A DNA stretch of 64,000 nucleotides from an uncultured Rivularia sp. (GCA_963665115.1 OY762007.1:2880001-2944000), one strand, 5' to 3'; shown: positions 10,458 through 21,744, counted from the first letter of the stretch. A program made the numbers and translations. Notes: generated by a model from the letters alone, not told the origin.

Positions 10458-10811
10458 ATGCCAAGAGTAAAGCGCGGTAATGTAGCTCGCAAACGCCGCA
10501 AAAAAATCCTCAAACTAGCTAAAGGCTATCGTGGTTCTCACTCTACCTTATTTAGAACCGCCAACCAGCAGGTAATGAAAGCCCTGCGTTATGCTTATCG
10601 CGATCGCAAAAAACGTAAGCGTGATTTTCGCCGTCTGTGGATTGCTCGTATCAATGCAGCTTGTCGTCAACACGGCATGAGCTACAGCAAATTCATGGGC
10701 AATTTGAAGAAATCCAACATTGAAATCAACCGTAAAATGTTGTCTCAAATGGCGATTTTAGATCCTGCTGGTTTTAGCAAAGTTGCCGAAATGGCTAGCC
10801 AAGCGAAATAA
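10458..10811 (+). CDS. rplT: 50S ribosomal protein L20
   Basis: MPRVKRG...AKGYRG...[13 protein letters not shown]. Confidence 0.99.
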   Translation: MPRVKRGNVARKRRKKILKLAKGYRGSHSTLFRTANQQVMKALRYAYRDRKKRKRDFRRLWIARINAACRQHGMSYSKFMGNLKKSNIEINRKMLSQMAILDPAGFSKVAEMASQAK

Positions 10812-10823
10812 ATGGATAAAAAA

Positions 10824-10878
10824 GTTCGTAGTAAGAGTTTTAACTCTTATGTTGAGGATTAAAATCCTCACTACGAAC
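10824..10878. repeat. REPIN-like hairpin GTTCGTAG...CTACGAAC, possibly also a terminator
   Basis: Inverted ends; family members at 692-716, 5458-5479, 34352-34407 and 60412-60467. Confidence 0.75.
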
Positions 10879-10907
10879 CCTCACTGATGTAGCTGGTGTT
10901 GCAATAG

Positions 10908-11798
10908 ATGATTGATTGGTTGAGATTACGGTTATATCGACATAATCGGCAATGCAATCGGCAGCGGAAGTCGCATTTGCTACTATCCGCTGCGATGATT
11001 TTATGTCTAACTTGTTTGTTCCTTAATGTTGGAACATCATCGGTATTTGCTGCATCGTTAAAAGAAATTCAGCAGCGTGGCTATATTAATATTGCAGTCA
11101 AAGAAAACTTTCCACCTTTAGCATTCCGAGACGAAAGCGGTAATCTACAAGGATTTGAAATCGAAATCGCGCAAAGGTTAGCACAAGACTTATTAGCTAA
11201 ACCAGACGCAGGTAATTCAGATAAATTAGATATAGATAAATTAGTTAAATTAAAACCCGTTACCAACTTAGAGCGACTCAAATTAGTTGAGAAAGGTAAA
11301 GTTGATTTAACAATTGCCAAAGTAACGGCAACTCCTTCAAGGGAACGCATCGTAAATTTCAGTATTCCTTACTACTTCGACGGCGGATTTATAGCAACAA
11401 AAGACACATCATTTCAAAAGCTAACTGACTTACAAAACAGTAAAATAGCCGTACTCAAAAACTCCAGCACCATTGCCCCGCTGAGATATTACCTCCCCGA
11501 AGCCGACTTAGTAGGAGTTGAATCTTACTTAGAAGGACAAAGACTTGTAGAGAACAATAGAGTATCAGCCTTCGCCGCCGATATAACTAGTTTAAGTAAC
11601 TGGATAAAGCAAAATCCTCAATATAGGTTGCTGCCAACAAAAATATCAACACAACCCTTGTCAGTAGTAATGCCCAAAGGATTGCAGTACGACGAACTAC
11701 GAAGACAAGTAAGCCAATTAATCGGTAGTTATTTACAAAGCGGGTGGTTAAAAGAACGCGCTGAATATTGGGGTTTGCCAATGAACAATTATCAATGA
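10908..11798 (+). CDS. Amino-acid ABC transporter substrate-binding protein (family 3)
   Basis: GFEIEIA and T-SRERIVNFSIPYY motifs; signal-like hydrophobic stretch; start uncertain. Confidence 0.88.
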   Translation: MIDWLRLRLYRHNRQCNRQRKSHLLLSAAMILCLTCLFLNVGTSSVFAASLKEIQQRGYINIAVKENFPPLAFRDESGNLQGFEIEIAQRLAQDLLAKPDAGNSDKLDIDKLVKLKPVTNLERLKLVEKGKVDLTIAKVTATPSRERIVNFSIPYYFDGGFIATKDTSFQKLTDLQNSKIAVLKNSSTIAPLRYYLPEADLVGVESYLEGQRLVENNRVSAFAADITSLSNWIKQNPQYRLLPTKISTQPLSVVMPKGLQYDELRRQVSQLIGSYLQSGWLKERAEYWGLPMNNYQ

Positions 11799-11992
11799 AC
11801 AATTATCAATAAACAATTATCAATCGCTGTTGCTTAAAAGTGAGCCGGTAAACGCAATTCAATCAAGCAGATTGATATATAAGCTTCTGGAAGTTTAGAT
11901 AAATTGATAAATCGTAATTTTTTTCCACTATAAATTCTAGTATCCTAATTAGTAGTCACTGATAATTGATAATTGATAATTGATAATTGACT

Positions 11993-12535
11993 ATGAATAA
12001 CGATTTAGCAACTATTTATCTATCTATTTTAGTCGGCATACTGTTCATCGCACTTATAGCCGTTTTCCGCCAAATATTTAAATCCCGCAAACAAGAAGGC
12101 TCTTTTTCCAAATTGCGTTCTAAATTGAAGAAAGAATCGGGTTCTGTTGGAGAATATTACCAATTAGGTGGTATCTATTCCCAGAAAAAACTTTATAGTC
12201 AAGCAGTTATCCTTTTCCAAAAAGCAATTAAATCAGCACAAGAGCAAGAAGAAACAGATGAGAAGACAGAAGATTATATTACCTTAACCTACAACGGTTT
12301 AGGTTTTGCTTACTTTGCTCAAGAACAATACGACTTAGCAATTCGTAATTACAAAGAAGCCTTAAAAAGACAGCCGGATTACGTAACAGCATTAAATAAT
12401 TTAGGTCACGCTTACGAACGTAAAAAGTTAAATGCTCAAGCTTTGGAAAATTACGAAAAAGCATTAGAAATTGATTCTAAAAATGCTGTGGCAAAACGTC
12501 GCGCTGAATCTTTGAGAAGATTGGTTGCGGCTTAA
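11993..12535 (+). CDS. ycf37: TPR protein, Ycf37-like (photosystem I assembly)
   Basis: N-terminal TM helix plus TPRs (YNGLGFAY, ALNNLGHAYE); located near rplT. Confidence 0.75.
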   Translation: MNNDLATIYLSILVGILFIALIAVFRQIFKSRKQEGSFSKLRSKLKKESGSVGEYYQLGGIYSQKKLYSQAVILFQKAIKSAQEQEETDEKTEDYITLTYNGLGFAYFAQEQYDLAIRNYKEALKRQPDYVTALNNLGHAYERKKLNAQALENYEKALEIDSKNAVAKRRAESLRRLVAA

Positions 12536-12738
12536 GTTGGGGATTGGGGATTGGGCATTGGGCATTGGGCATCATTTCACCTCATCGCCGTCACCCTCGA
12601 AGGGTGCGGCTACACCTACGAAGCCCGCCTGCGCGGGCTTTAAGAAAAATTAGAATTTCATTTTAGCCCACGAAGGTGGGCTTTGCAATTGTAGCCCCAC
12701 CCTTTTAGGGTGAGGGCTGCGAGGATCTTGTTTAATAA

Positions 12739-13362
12739 TCAACCAATCAAATCAAGCCCTGGATTATATTTCTGAAAAATCGGTAGCATTTTTTCCTCAT
12801 CCCCATTTAGATAATCTTCTTCACCTAAATAATGGGCACCTGTTTCTAAATATTCAGCAAGAGTTTGCATCATTGTTGTCAAGCTTCGGAATATCATTTT
12901 CAAATCTAATTCACCGCTTATATCTATTATCGGTGAGTGTCGCTGTTGTTCTCCACTCAATAAAACAGCACAAAAATCACAATTAGAACGAAGAAATGGG
13001 AATAAATGTGTATCGCTGTAAATATCAACTTGGTTCGCGTCTAATAATTCAAAAATACTTGGTAAATCTTCATGTTCAAGAATATCAATCTCAACAATAC
13101 CCAAGTGATATTCTATCGCTTCATCTAAGGGCATATATACCATTGAAGGATAAACAACAGATTTTAAATCTTCACCATCTTCTACACCATTTCGCCAACG
13201 ATATAATTCATAAATTTCTTCAGGTAATTCTAATTCAACATTCACTAATTTTTCCCGAATTTCTGCATCACTCAAACCCGGTAGAAAAGACGCTGCATAA
13301 TCTGGTCTATTTTTCTCCAACCATTGCATGATTTGGTTAAGAGAATCAGTTAAAACCGACAT
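12739..13362 (-). CDS. SMI1/KNR4 (SUKH) family protein
   Basis: LPGLSDAEI...LPEEIYELYRWRNG pattern. Confidence 0.8.
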   Translation of the reverse strand: MSVLTDSLNQIMQWLEKNRPDYAASFLPGLSDAEIREKLVNVELELPEEIYELYRWRNGVEDGEDLKSVVYPSMVYMPLDEAIEYHLGIVEIDILEHEDLPSIFELLDANQVDIYSDTHLFPFLRSNCDFCAVLLSGEQQRHSPIIDISGELDLKMIFRSLTTMMQTLAEYLETGAHYLGEEDYLNGDEEKMLPIFQKYNPGLDLIG

Positions 13363-13747
13363 GATTTTATTTGTAATGTTTGATTTGCAAGATTCAAAAA
13401 TTCTAACTCACAGTCTATTCGGTAAACTCACCCGAAAACTCTCTAAAACTTCTTCCCTCTGCGTTCTCCGCGTCTCTGCGGTTTAATAATCTTATTCCGG
13501 ACATGGTGGGTTACGGCATTATCAAAATGGTAATTAATGATCCAACATAGTAAAGCCGTAACACACCCCACAAGAAAAAGTCTTTAAAACCCCCAATTGT
13601 TAGGAAAATTAACCGTTAAATCAACTTCTATTAACTTCTCTGTTTCAAAACTACTTATTTTGGGACAATTGAGAACGTTGATAAATTAAAGCACTTATAG
13701 TCCAATCTTCGGACAAGTTTATTTTCTATAAAAAGGAGAACACAAAA

Positions 13748-15274
13748 ATGAAATTAGCTTACTGGATGTATGCTGGCCCCGCTCACATTGGTACTTTGCG
13801 GGTTGCTAGTTCTTTTAAGAACGTTCACGCTATTATGCACGCTCCGATTGGCGATGATTATTTTAATGTGATGCGATCGATGTTGGAACGGGAACGCAAT
13901 TTTACTCCAGTAACCACTAGCGTTGTTGACCGAAACGTTCTTGCTCGCGGTTCTCAAGAAAAGGTAGTGGATAACATTACCCGCAAAGACTCCGAGGAAC
14001 ATCCCGATTTAATCGTATTGACTCCGACTTGCACTTCCAGCATTTTGCAAGAAGATTTGGAGAATTTTGTGGAAAGGGCGCAAATGGATGCTAAATGCGA
14101 TGTGATGCTGGCTGATGTTAACCACTATCGCGTTAATGAGTTGGAAGCCGCTGACAGAACTTTGCATCAAGTTGTCAAATACTATATTGAAAAAGCTCGT
14201 AAAAAAGGCGAACTTCCAGAGGGAAAGACTGAAAAACCTTCTGTAAATATCATTGGTGTTTCAACACTCGGTTTTCATAACCTGCACGATTGCACCGAGT
14301 TGAAGAAATTGATGAACGATTTGGGAGTTGAAATAAACGCTGTAATCCCCGAAGGTGCTTCCGTTCACGAGTTGAAGAATTTACCCCGCGCTTGGTTTAA
14401 CTTGGTACCTTACCGCGAACTTGGGATGATGGCAGCCAAGTATTTAGAAGCCGAATTTGGAACGCCTTACGTTGATATTGCACCAATGGGTGTAGTAGAA
14501 ACTGCTCGCTGTATCCGTAAAATCCAGCAGGTAATTAATCAACAAGGTGCAGAAGTAGATTACGAAGAATTCATCAACGAACAGACTCTGCACGTATCTC
14601 AAGCCGCATGGTTTTCTCGTTCAATTGACTGTCAAAACTTAACAGGTAAAAAAGCCGTAGTATTTGGCGACAATACCCACGCAGCCGCAATTACCAAAAT
14701 TTTAGCCAGAGAAATGGGAATTCACGTAGTTTGGGCTGGCACTTACTGTAAATATGACCAAGAATGGTTCAGGGAGCAGGTTAGCGAATACTGCGACGAA
14801 GTACTGATTACCAACGATCATGGTGAAATTGGAGATGCGATCGCCAGAGTTGAACCTTCAGCAATTTTCGGTACCCAAATGGAGCGTCACGTAGGTAAAC
14901 GCTTGAATATTCCTTGCGGTGTAATAGCTGCACCGATTCACATTCAGAATTTCCCCATCGGTTATAAGCCTTTCATGGGCTATGAAGGAACCAACCAAAT
15001 CGCCGACTTAGTATATAATTCCTTTACTTTGGGAATGGAAGATCACCTATTAGAAATCTTCGGTGGACACGATACCAAAGAAGTAATTACCAAAGGAATA
15101 TCCGCCGAATCTGACTTAGGTTGGACAAAAGAAGGATTAGCAGAATTGAACAAAATTCCTGGATTTGTACGCGGTAAAGTCAAGCGAAACACTGAAAAAT
15201 TTGCAAGAGAAAAAGGTGTTAAAGATATTAACGTTGAGGTATTGTATGCAGCGAAAGAATCAGTTGGTGCTTAG
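13748..15274 (+). CDS. chlB: Light-independent protochlorophyllide reductase subunit B
   Basis: [16 protein letters not shown]-terminus; C-terminal PCP_red domain ([14 protein letters not shown]). Confidence 0.99.
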   Translation: MKLAYWMYAGPAHIGTLRVASSFKNVHAIMHAPIGDDYFNVMRSMLERERNFTPVTTSVVDRNVLARGSQEKVVDNITRKDSEEHPDLIVLTPTCTSSILQEDLENFVERAQMDAKCDVMLADVNHYRVNELEAADRTLHQVVKYYIEKARKKGELPEGKTEKPSVNIIGVSTLGFHNLHDCTELKKLMNDLGVEINAVIPEGASVHELKNLPRAWFNLVPYRELGMMAAKYLEAEFGTPYVDIAPMGVVETARCIRKIQQVINQQGAEVDYEEFINEQTLHVSQAAWFSRSIDCQNLTGKKAVVFGDNTHAAAITKILAREMGIHVVWAGTYCKYDQEWFREQVSEYCDEVLITNDHGEIGDAIARVEPSAIFGTQMERHVGKRLNIPCGVIAAPIHIQNFPIGYKPFMGYEGTNQIADLVYNSFTLGMEDHLLEIFGGHDTKEVITKGISAESDLGWTKEGLAELNKIPGFVRGKVKRNTEKFAREKGVKDINVEVLYAAKESVGA

Positions 15275-15578
15275 TTAATTGAAATTACACGCCCTCAGAC
15301 TATAAGTCTGGGGCTACACAAACAAAGCCCACCTCCGTGGGCTAAAAATATGGTTTTGAGTCCTCTTTAGAGGAATGAAGGCTATTAGACAGAGAGCAGC
15401 GCGTTGCGCGGGTTCCCCGCGTTGTAGCGACTGCGGAGGATTTGAATTGCTGGCGGATTTGAAAGCCCATTAATTATGCTAAAATTCTCTTAAAATAAGT
15501 TATTCGCGGCACAATTACCGCAACATCTCATGTTAACTAAAGTAAATTTAGTCACGAGCCAAGTAGCTCTGAAGGAGG

Positions 15579-16418
15579 ATGGCTCATGGTAATATTTCTC
15601 AAGCAACACAACCGTTAAAACTTGAAACTAACGCAGCTAAAATCAACGAAATCAAAAAGCTGCAAAATCATCGAACCTACCGCGATTCAACCAAACAATT
15701 CTATGTAGAAGGTGTCCGCAACTTTATTAGAATTGTCGATAATAAATTCGATATTTCCACCATCATTTATAGCGAGAAACTGCTGACATCTGTAATTGCT
15801 CGCAAACTAGTACGTCAAAATCGCCGCGCCGGGATACCCTGCCTCAACATTTCTCCAGAAAAATTTCGCACCATTTCCCATACAGAAAAAGCTTCCGGTG
15901 TCGGTGCAATTGTGCGTCAGCATTGGACAAAGTTGCATGAAATTCCCTTGCAAAAACGAACCTGCTGGATAATATTAGAAACAGTGCGATCGCCGGGAAA
16001 CCTCGGTACATTAATTCGCACCTGCGAAGCATTTGGGGGTGCTGGTTTTATTTTGTTAGGAAACAGCATCGATCCTTTTGATAATAATGTAGTGAGAGCT
16101 TCAATGGGTTCTATCTACAATCAACAATTTATCCGCACTGGTTACTCTAAATTACAAAAATGGTTGCAGCATCATAATTGTAATGCAATTGGTGCTTCTC
16201 CAGATGGTACAGTTGATTTTCATCATTTTAACTATCCTGTGACAACAATGATTTTTTTAGGAGAAGAAAGAAAAGGATTAACTCAACAACAAAGGAATTT
16301 GTGTAAACATCTCGTTCGTATTCCGACAGCACGAACAGTTGATTCTCTTAACTTAGCTGTTGCGGGAAGTTTGATGATGTACGAGATTTATAGAGCGCAA
16401 AATATAGTTAATTCCTAA
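15579..16418 (+). CDS. TrmH/SpoU-family RNA methyltransferase
   Basis: PGNLGTLIRT, GEERKGL and SLNLAVA motifs. Confidence 0.92.
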   Translation: MAHGNISQATQPLKLETNAAKINEIKKLQNHRTYRDSTKQFYVEGVRNFIRIVDNKFDISTIIYSEKLLTSVIARKLVRQNRRAGIPCLNISPEKFRTISHTEKASGVGAIVRQHWTKLHEIPLQKRTCWIILETVRSPGNLGTLIRTCEAFGGAGFILLGNSIDPFDNNVVRASMGSIYNQQFIRTGYSKLQKWLQHHNCNAIGASPDGTVDFHHFNYPVTTMIFLGEERKGLTQQQRNLCKHLVRIPTARTVDSLNLAVAGSLMMYEIYRAQNIVNS

Positions 16419-16536
16419 CATTTTGCATCAATCTCCCTCTCCTTAATAAGGAGAGGGATGTCCGTAAGGGACAGGGTGAGGTTTAATATGTAGTGAACTC
16501 AACAGAAACGCCTAATACACGAAGTTTAAAATCCTC

Positions 16537-17136
16537 ATGCCTATTCTCAACGAGAATTATAACTATTCTTTTCGCTCTTACTTTGAATTATCCAACGATA
16601 CCGATGAAATTTTAGCTGAGTTTAACTACGCTTTCACTCGTAAACGTTTACAACTCCCTAAAACGAACCGCGAAATTGAAGGTTTAAACGAACTACGTAA
16701 CTCAATTGAAGAAACTATTCCTTATGTAACTCTTAGCAGCGAAGCAGCGAAACGAGAAATCTTAATCGCACCTGTTTTAAGTCGAGTTGCAGTAATTACC
16801 AAGCGACTTTTGAGAATTGAATATCCAGTAAAGGTAAATAACTTACTTCAAGGAAATCTTGATTATTTAATTCAATCTCAACACAGTTTAGTTGTCATTG
16901 AAGCCAAACGCGATGATTTAACAAAAGGCTTTACTCAACTTGCAGTAGAGATGATTGCAATGGCAACTTTAGAAAAATCACCAGATATAATTTACGGTGT
17001 TGTCACGATGGGTGATGTCTGGGTATTCGGTATTTTGGAACAAGCTTCACGTATGATTACACGGGATATTAGTTCTTATACTTTACCGGATGGTTTGGAA
17101 GAGATAGTCAAGATTTTGGTTGGTATTTTGGAGTAG
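16537..17136 (+). CDS. Cyanobacterial hypothetical protein, PD-(D/E)xK nuclease-like
   Basis: G-LDY...VIEAK...Q...YGVVTMGDVW-F pattern. Confidence 0.6.
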   Translation: MPILNENYNYSFRSYFELSNDTDEILAEFNYAFTRKRLQLPKTNREIEGLNELRNSIEETIPYVTLSSEAAKREILIAPVLSRVAVITKRLLRIEYPVKVNNLLQGNLDYLIQSQHSLVVIEAKRDDLTKGFTQLAVEMIAMATLEKSPDIIYGVVTMGDVWVFGILEQASRMITRDISSYTLPDGLEEIVKILVGILE

Positions 17137-17189
17137 TTATCTTAATTTTTATCTTCTTCTAAATCAGTCAATAATATCGCGATAAATAA

Positions 17190-17621
17190 TTAGATTTTCT
17201 TTTTTATTACTTGCATCAATTGTTCTCTTTCTAAAAAAATATCTAAGTAATCAAAGTTTTCTTTCATCTGTAATAAAAACTCTAAAAGATATGATGCTGT
17301 AAAACTAATTTTTATTCTTTCATCTTCAACTAATAAAAGTAGCTTATTTATTAATATTTTTATTTCACCATGACCTCTCATACCACATAGTATTCTTAAT
17401 ATATTAGCAATTTGATGCTCGCTCATGCCAGATTCATCAATAATTCCAAATAAATAATCATATCCAGGTTTTCTGAATTGAAAAATTTCTTTTTCGACAT
17501 CATATGGTAATGTCTTACAATGAAGTTTTCTTCTTAATTTATTTAATCTATTTATTTCACTGTATTTCATTATTATCTCAATAGTGACTAAAAGAATATT
17601 TAATAATCCACAAATCAACAC
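17190..17621 (-). CDS. Hypothetical protein, very AT-rich; start uncertain
   Basis: 143-aa ORF only. Confidence 0.45.
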   Translation of the reverse strand: MLICGLLNILLVTIEIIMKYSEINRLNKLRRKLHCKTLPYDVEKEIFQFRKPGYDYLFGIIDESGMSEHQIANILRILCGMRGHGEIKILINKLLLLVEDERIKISFTASYLLEFLLQMKENFDYLDIFLEREQLMQVIKKKI

Positions 17622-18061
17622 ATAGCCACATAAACCCCCGTAAAACTCCCCGCTTTCACTCCATCCCCAAAAACATCAACATTCAACTCAATTCTACTCT
17701 TCGACTTCCTTTCCAACATCTTGATAAACTTCTGCCAAACCTCCAACTCTGGAAACGGACAAACAGCAATAAAATCACCATCAATCGGCTGAAGATATTC
17801 TATAGAATTACGCTGAATCACAATTCTTGAAGACAAAGATAAAGCCTGCAAATTAGTATGAACTAAAGTCCATCCCGCAAGAATTGCCAAAGCCGAAACA
17901 CTACCACCAAAAACAGTCGAACGATGATTTATATTTGGGATCAAAGGTGCTGTTAACGTAATACCATTTTCATCAACTTGCTTAACCTTAACTTCCATAC
18001 TTTTAGACAGCGGAATATGTTCGTGAAGGTAGCTTTCAACTTCTGAAATACTAGGAAGCAT
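17615..18061 (-). CDS. YiiD C-terminal-type thioesterase (hotdog fold)
   Basis: IPLS--M, APL-PNINH--TVFGGS motifs. Confidence 0.85.
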   Translation of the reverse strand: MLPSISEVESYLHEHIPLSKSMEVKVKQVDENGITLTAPLIPNINHRSTVFGGSVSALAILAGWTLVHTNLQALSLSSRIVIQRNSIEYLQPIDGDFIAVCPFPELEVWQKFIKMLERKSKSRIELNVDVFGDGVKAGSFTGVYVAMC

Positions 18062-18248
18062 AATTTATATTAATTTACTTTAATCCACCAACTCAAGCCC
18101 ACGAAGGTGGGCTTTGTAACTTTAGCCCCAGCCTTCAAGGCTGAGGGCAATTTCGATTCAAATCTAATATTTTACGTAGCCTTAAGCTAACTTTGGTATT
18201 CTTAATAAAGCCGATTGCGGTAGTACAAAATACTATTAATCTAAATTC

Positions 18249-18971
18249 ATGTTCAACTACACAAATAAACTAATTCAAGGTTGGAAAGAAGAAGTATCTC
18301 CCCGATTATCTCCTTTACTATCGTTAATTTGGGTTGGAGGTTTTGCGATTGCAGCTTTTTGCGTATGGGGATTTTTTCAAATTGAAGAAAGAGTATTTTC
18401 AGAACAAACCACGGAGCTTGATACGGCAATTTTGCAAAGTATTTACGAACAACATACTCCTCTATTAAATCAAATTATGACCGGAATTACGTTTCTAGGT
18501 AATGGTTCAACGTTAATTTATATTAGCTGTATTGTAGGAATAATTTTGTTAGTTACTAAAAAATACGCTAGCGCTTTTACCTTAGTTATCGTCACATCTG
18601 GAGGTATCGGTTTAAACCTATGGTTAAAGAATATATTTGGAAGAGTGCGCCCAGCTTTGTGGGAAAGAATTGTAGATGCTACTAATTATAGTTTTCCTAG
18701 CGGACATGCAATGGTTTCTTTAGTTGTTTACGGTTTTATCGGTTATTTATTAATAGCTAACTTTCGTTCCTGGAGCAGTATAATTTTATTTTTCACCACT
18801 TTATTAATTTTAGCAATCGGCTTCAGTCGTCTTTATTTAGGAGTTCACTGGCCAACTGATATAATTGCTGGATATGCTGCTGGTTTAGTATGGTTAATTA
18901 GCTGTATTCTGAGCCTAGAAATTTTACAGTTTTTGTTTGCTAGGGGAAACCAGCAAACTATTAGCGATTGA
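18249..18971 (+). CDS. PAP2-family phosphatase
   Basis: K-x6-RP, SFPSGH and SRLYLGVHWPTD motifs. Confidence 0.93.
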   Translation: MFNYTNKLIQGWKEEVSPRLSPLLSLIWVGGFAIAAFCVWGFFQIEERVFSEQTTELDTAILQSIYEQHTPLLNQIMTGITFLGNGSTLIYISCIVGIILLVTKKYASAFTLVIVTSGGIGLNLWLKNIFGRVRPALWERIVDATNYSFPSGHAMVSLVVYGFIGYLLIANFRSWSSIILFFTTLLILAIGFSRLYLGVHWPTDIIAGYAAGLVWLISCILSLEILQFLFARGNQQTISD

Positions 18972-19013
18972 TTGCAAATAATAACTCTTTATCGCTGTTT
19001 TTTAATTGGAATG

Positions 19014-19376
19014 CTATGGCAAAGGTAAATAAACAATCATGTCTTGGTATTGGTTTTCTTCAGAAGCAAGAGCTATTAATATTAATTCCTCCAAATTTTC
19101 TCCTATACTTAAATTTGGGTTGAGAATAAAAATACCTGGTATATGACAATTTTTTGCTATATGCTCAGCTAGATGAACGGGCATAGATGTCCGGTTATTT
19201 GTTACCAATACAAAGTTATTGTCTTCACACCAGTCAAGAATTTCTGGATCTAAAGTGCCTTTGGGTGGGATGTTTAATTATCCCACCACTTTGACTATAA
19301 TATTTGGTTCTTTTTGTCTAATTTGTTTGGGATAAAGAGGATTTACATTTTCATCAATCAAGTATTTAAGATTCAT
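19014..19376 (-). pseudogene. DUF5615 PIN-like toxin with an in-frame TAA at 19278-19280
   Basis: MNLKYLIDENV...VVG*LNIPPKGTLDPEILDWCEDNNFVLVTNNR; overlaps the DUF433 gene. Confidence 0.8.
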
Positions 19377-19713
19377 TAATTGATTTTTCAGCTTTTCTTT
19401 TTGCTCTTAATTGACGAAGTTTATCGGAAACAGGTGGGGGGTTGATTCTTTGTTCTTCCCTCATTCTATGACCGTGTTCGTGCCATTTTCTCATATATTG
19501 GCTGATGTTCTCTTGATTTTGTAAGTAATAAAGAATAGTCGCATAAACTTGCTCTAATCTCAAAGACGTGTAAATCTGGGCAATTTCTTCTGGGGTGCGA
19601 TTGCGATCGAGATATTCGTACAAAATAGTTTCAATACCAATCCTTGTTCCTTTAAGACGAATATCAGTAGGAGCAAGAAAGTTGAAATAATCTGTTAAAA
19701 CTTGGGTTGACAT
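19366..19713 (-). CDS. DUF433 family antitoxin-like protein
   Basis: IRLKGTRIGIETIL...TPEEIA...LEQVYATILYY. Confidence 0.85.
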   Translation of the reverse strand: MSTQVLTDYFNFLAPTDIRLKGTRIGIETILYEYLDRNRTPEEIAQIYTSLRLEQVYATILYYLQNQENISQYMRKWHEHGHRMREEQRINPPPVSDKLRQLRAKRKAEKSINES

Positions 19714-20102
19714 TATTTTTACATTAAAACATTAAACTAATTCATAAATACTATTATAAAAAATTCTTTAACTAATTAGCGTAAGCAACCCCGATAACCA
19801 CGCTTTAGCATATATATCATATGTAAGTATTGCAACCCTCGCTTTTACCAAAGCCTTTGAAAAGACGATTGAAAGATTTACTGAAGCAACCTGCAATAAA
19901 ATTGACACCCTACGCAGGAAGATTTGGCATAAGTTAGGTATAAATGTAGTTGAGAGCCTCCTACTTCAGCGGGAAAATCAAAACGAGTGAGGGAATTTAT
20001 CACCTATGTAGTTCTGATTTTTCAAGTATTTTGGATATATAAAGATTTACGTGCTAAAACTTACTAAGTGATATCATTTAGTAGATTAAAGGACAATGAT
20101 AA

Positions 20103-20672
20103 ATGTCAAAAAAGAAACTACTTGGACTTCTAACAGGATTATTAACACTAGGAGGAGTTTCACCTGCTTTGGCGTATGGCGAATGGTGGTCAGGTGGGTT
20201 TGTGACTCCTAATCCCCTAAATTGGACTTATGACAGCGTAACGATGTCTACGAATTACCTCAATTCTTACGTTAAGCCAGCAGCTGGGCCTCAATGGAAT
20301 GGAGTAAGCTCCAAAGTTCAAATGGTTTTTGTAACAAGTGGTAGCTATCGGGTTAAGGCGCTTCTGGCGACTTCACCCGATCCGAATGCAACAGGCTTGT
20401 TTGAACCATATTGTGCAGGCGGTGTAGGCATCGTAAATTGCATTAATTCTACTTGGACTTCTGGTCGAGTGTATGCATATGAAAATGCTATGGCTGCTAG
20501 TGGTTATAACGCTACACAGAGAATTAGCAACTTTACCCATGAGTTCGGACACTCGCTATCAATGTCACACGTTACAGCATCAGGTATTAACGCAGTAATG
20601 CGCCAAGGTCGGCAAGCTCTTGGCACACAAAGCTATGACAAAGCGAATTTAAAAGGTAAATGGGGTCTCTAA
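20103..20672 (+). CDS. Secreted zinc metalloprotease, metzincin/matrixin-like
   Basis: Signal peptide (PALA); HEFGHSLSMSH zinc motif followed by an AVM Met-turn. Confidence 0.75.
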   Translation: MSKKKLLGLLTGLLTLGGVSPALAYGEWWSGGFVTPNPLNWTYDSVTMSTNYLNSYVKPAAGPQWNGVSSKVQMVFVTSGSYRVKALLATSPDPNATGLFEPYCAGGVGIVNCINSTWTSGRVYAYENAMAASGYNATQRISNFTHEFGHSLSMSHVTASGINAVMRQGRQALGTQSYDKANLKGKWGL

Positions 20673-20679
20673 ATCAACC

Positions 20680-21321
20680 ATGAAGAAAAATTTTTTAATT
20701 GCTCTTATCCTCATTCCTGCCTTATCGGGGTTAGCGATCGTGGCTTCATTGCAAGTCCGTCCTAAGTCAATTGCAGGGACAAAACCTCAAGTTGATCGAG
20801 TTTCTTCCCAAGAAATGGAAACAATCAAAGGTTTGCCAGTTAAGCGTCTTCCTGGTTCAATCATTCCTATTGATGGACTTGATGATTTAATCGCCAAATC
20901 AGACCTCATTGTTATTGGGAAGACAGAAAAGTCTGTTGCTCAAGCACGATCAATCATTGGCAGGGATCACGAAGGATTTATTGCTACGGCTGTTTCAGAA
21001 GTCCCTTTTAAGGTGAACAAAGTCTTTAAGGGAGATCCAACCCTCAAAGAAATTCGTCTGGGACAGCAAGCGGCTGTAGTTGAAGAAAACGGGAAATCAT
21101 ACATTCGAGTGTTTGATGAATATACTCCATTAGAACCGGGCAAAAAATACGTATTGTTCCTTCGTAAAGGGATCGATACGGGTGAAGGATTGTATTTCCC
21201 AACTGGCGTAATGTATGGCAAATATAATGTCGATGGGGGTGACACAAGAGAAAATGCAGCATTTGATGACCCAACGTTTAAGGCTATCAAAAAAGCTGTG
21301 AAAGATCGGTTCAAAGAGTAA
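20680..21321 (+). CDS. Membrane-anchored or exported protein with a TIMP/NTR-like OB-fold signature
   Basis: N-terminal TM/signal; SDLIVIGK...V-KVFKG...LEPGKKYVLFL. Confidence 0.5.
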   Translation: MKKNFLIALILIPALSGLAIVASLQVRPKSIAGTKPQVDRVSSQEMETIKGLPVKRLPGSIIPIDGLDDLIAKSDLIVIGKTEKSVAQARSIIGRDHEGFIATAVSEVPFKVNKVFKGDPTLKEIRLGQQAAVVEENGKSYIRVFDEYTPLEPGKKYVLFLRKGIDTGEGLYFPTGVMYGKYNVDGGDTRENAAFDDPTFKAIKKAVKDRFKE

Positions 21322-21744
21322 GATCCGGTCACGATACAATCGTAGTCGAAATAGAGTACGAAAGACAGCTGATAGTTACATTAGGTGTCTTTATTCATAA
21401 ATACTATTATAAAAATTTTATTAACCTATTACCGCAACCGACCCCGATTACTATGCTTAAGCACATATATCATATAAAGATACTATTTAAGGAAATAAAT
21501 ATAAAAATTATTTATTTGATAGTTATACTGATAAATTTAAAAATAAATGTTGCTAAAAATTACAATACAAATCTATTAGTTGTACAAAACAAAGGGAAAT
21601 ATCAATCTATTTTGGTTAAACCGATGTATTTCCGATAACTGCATCATAAAAAGCACATCAAAAACCTTAAAAACCCTTATATAAAAACCGGAGAGTGCAT
21701 GATACATTTTTCAAATCCATTGTCTGTACTTTCCGCCCTACATA

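Noticed and set aside
7676..19280. Stop-codon reassignment suggested by two in-frame TAA codons
   Set aside because: TAA terminates many intact genes here (e.g. rplT), so these are point lesions.
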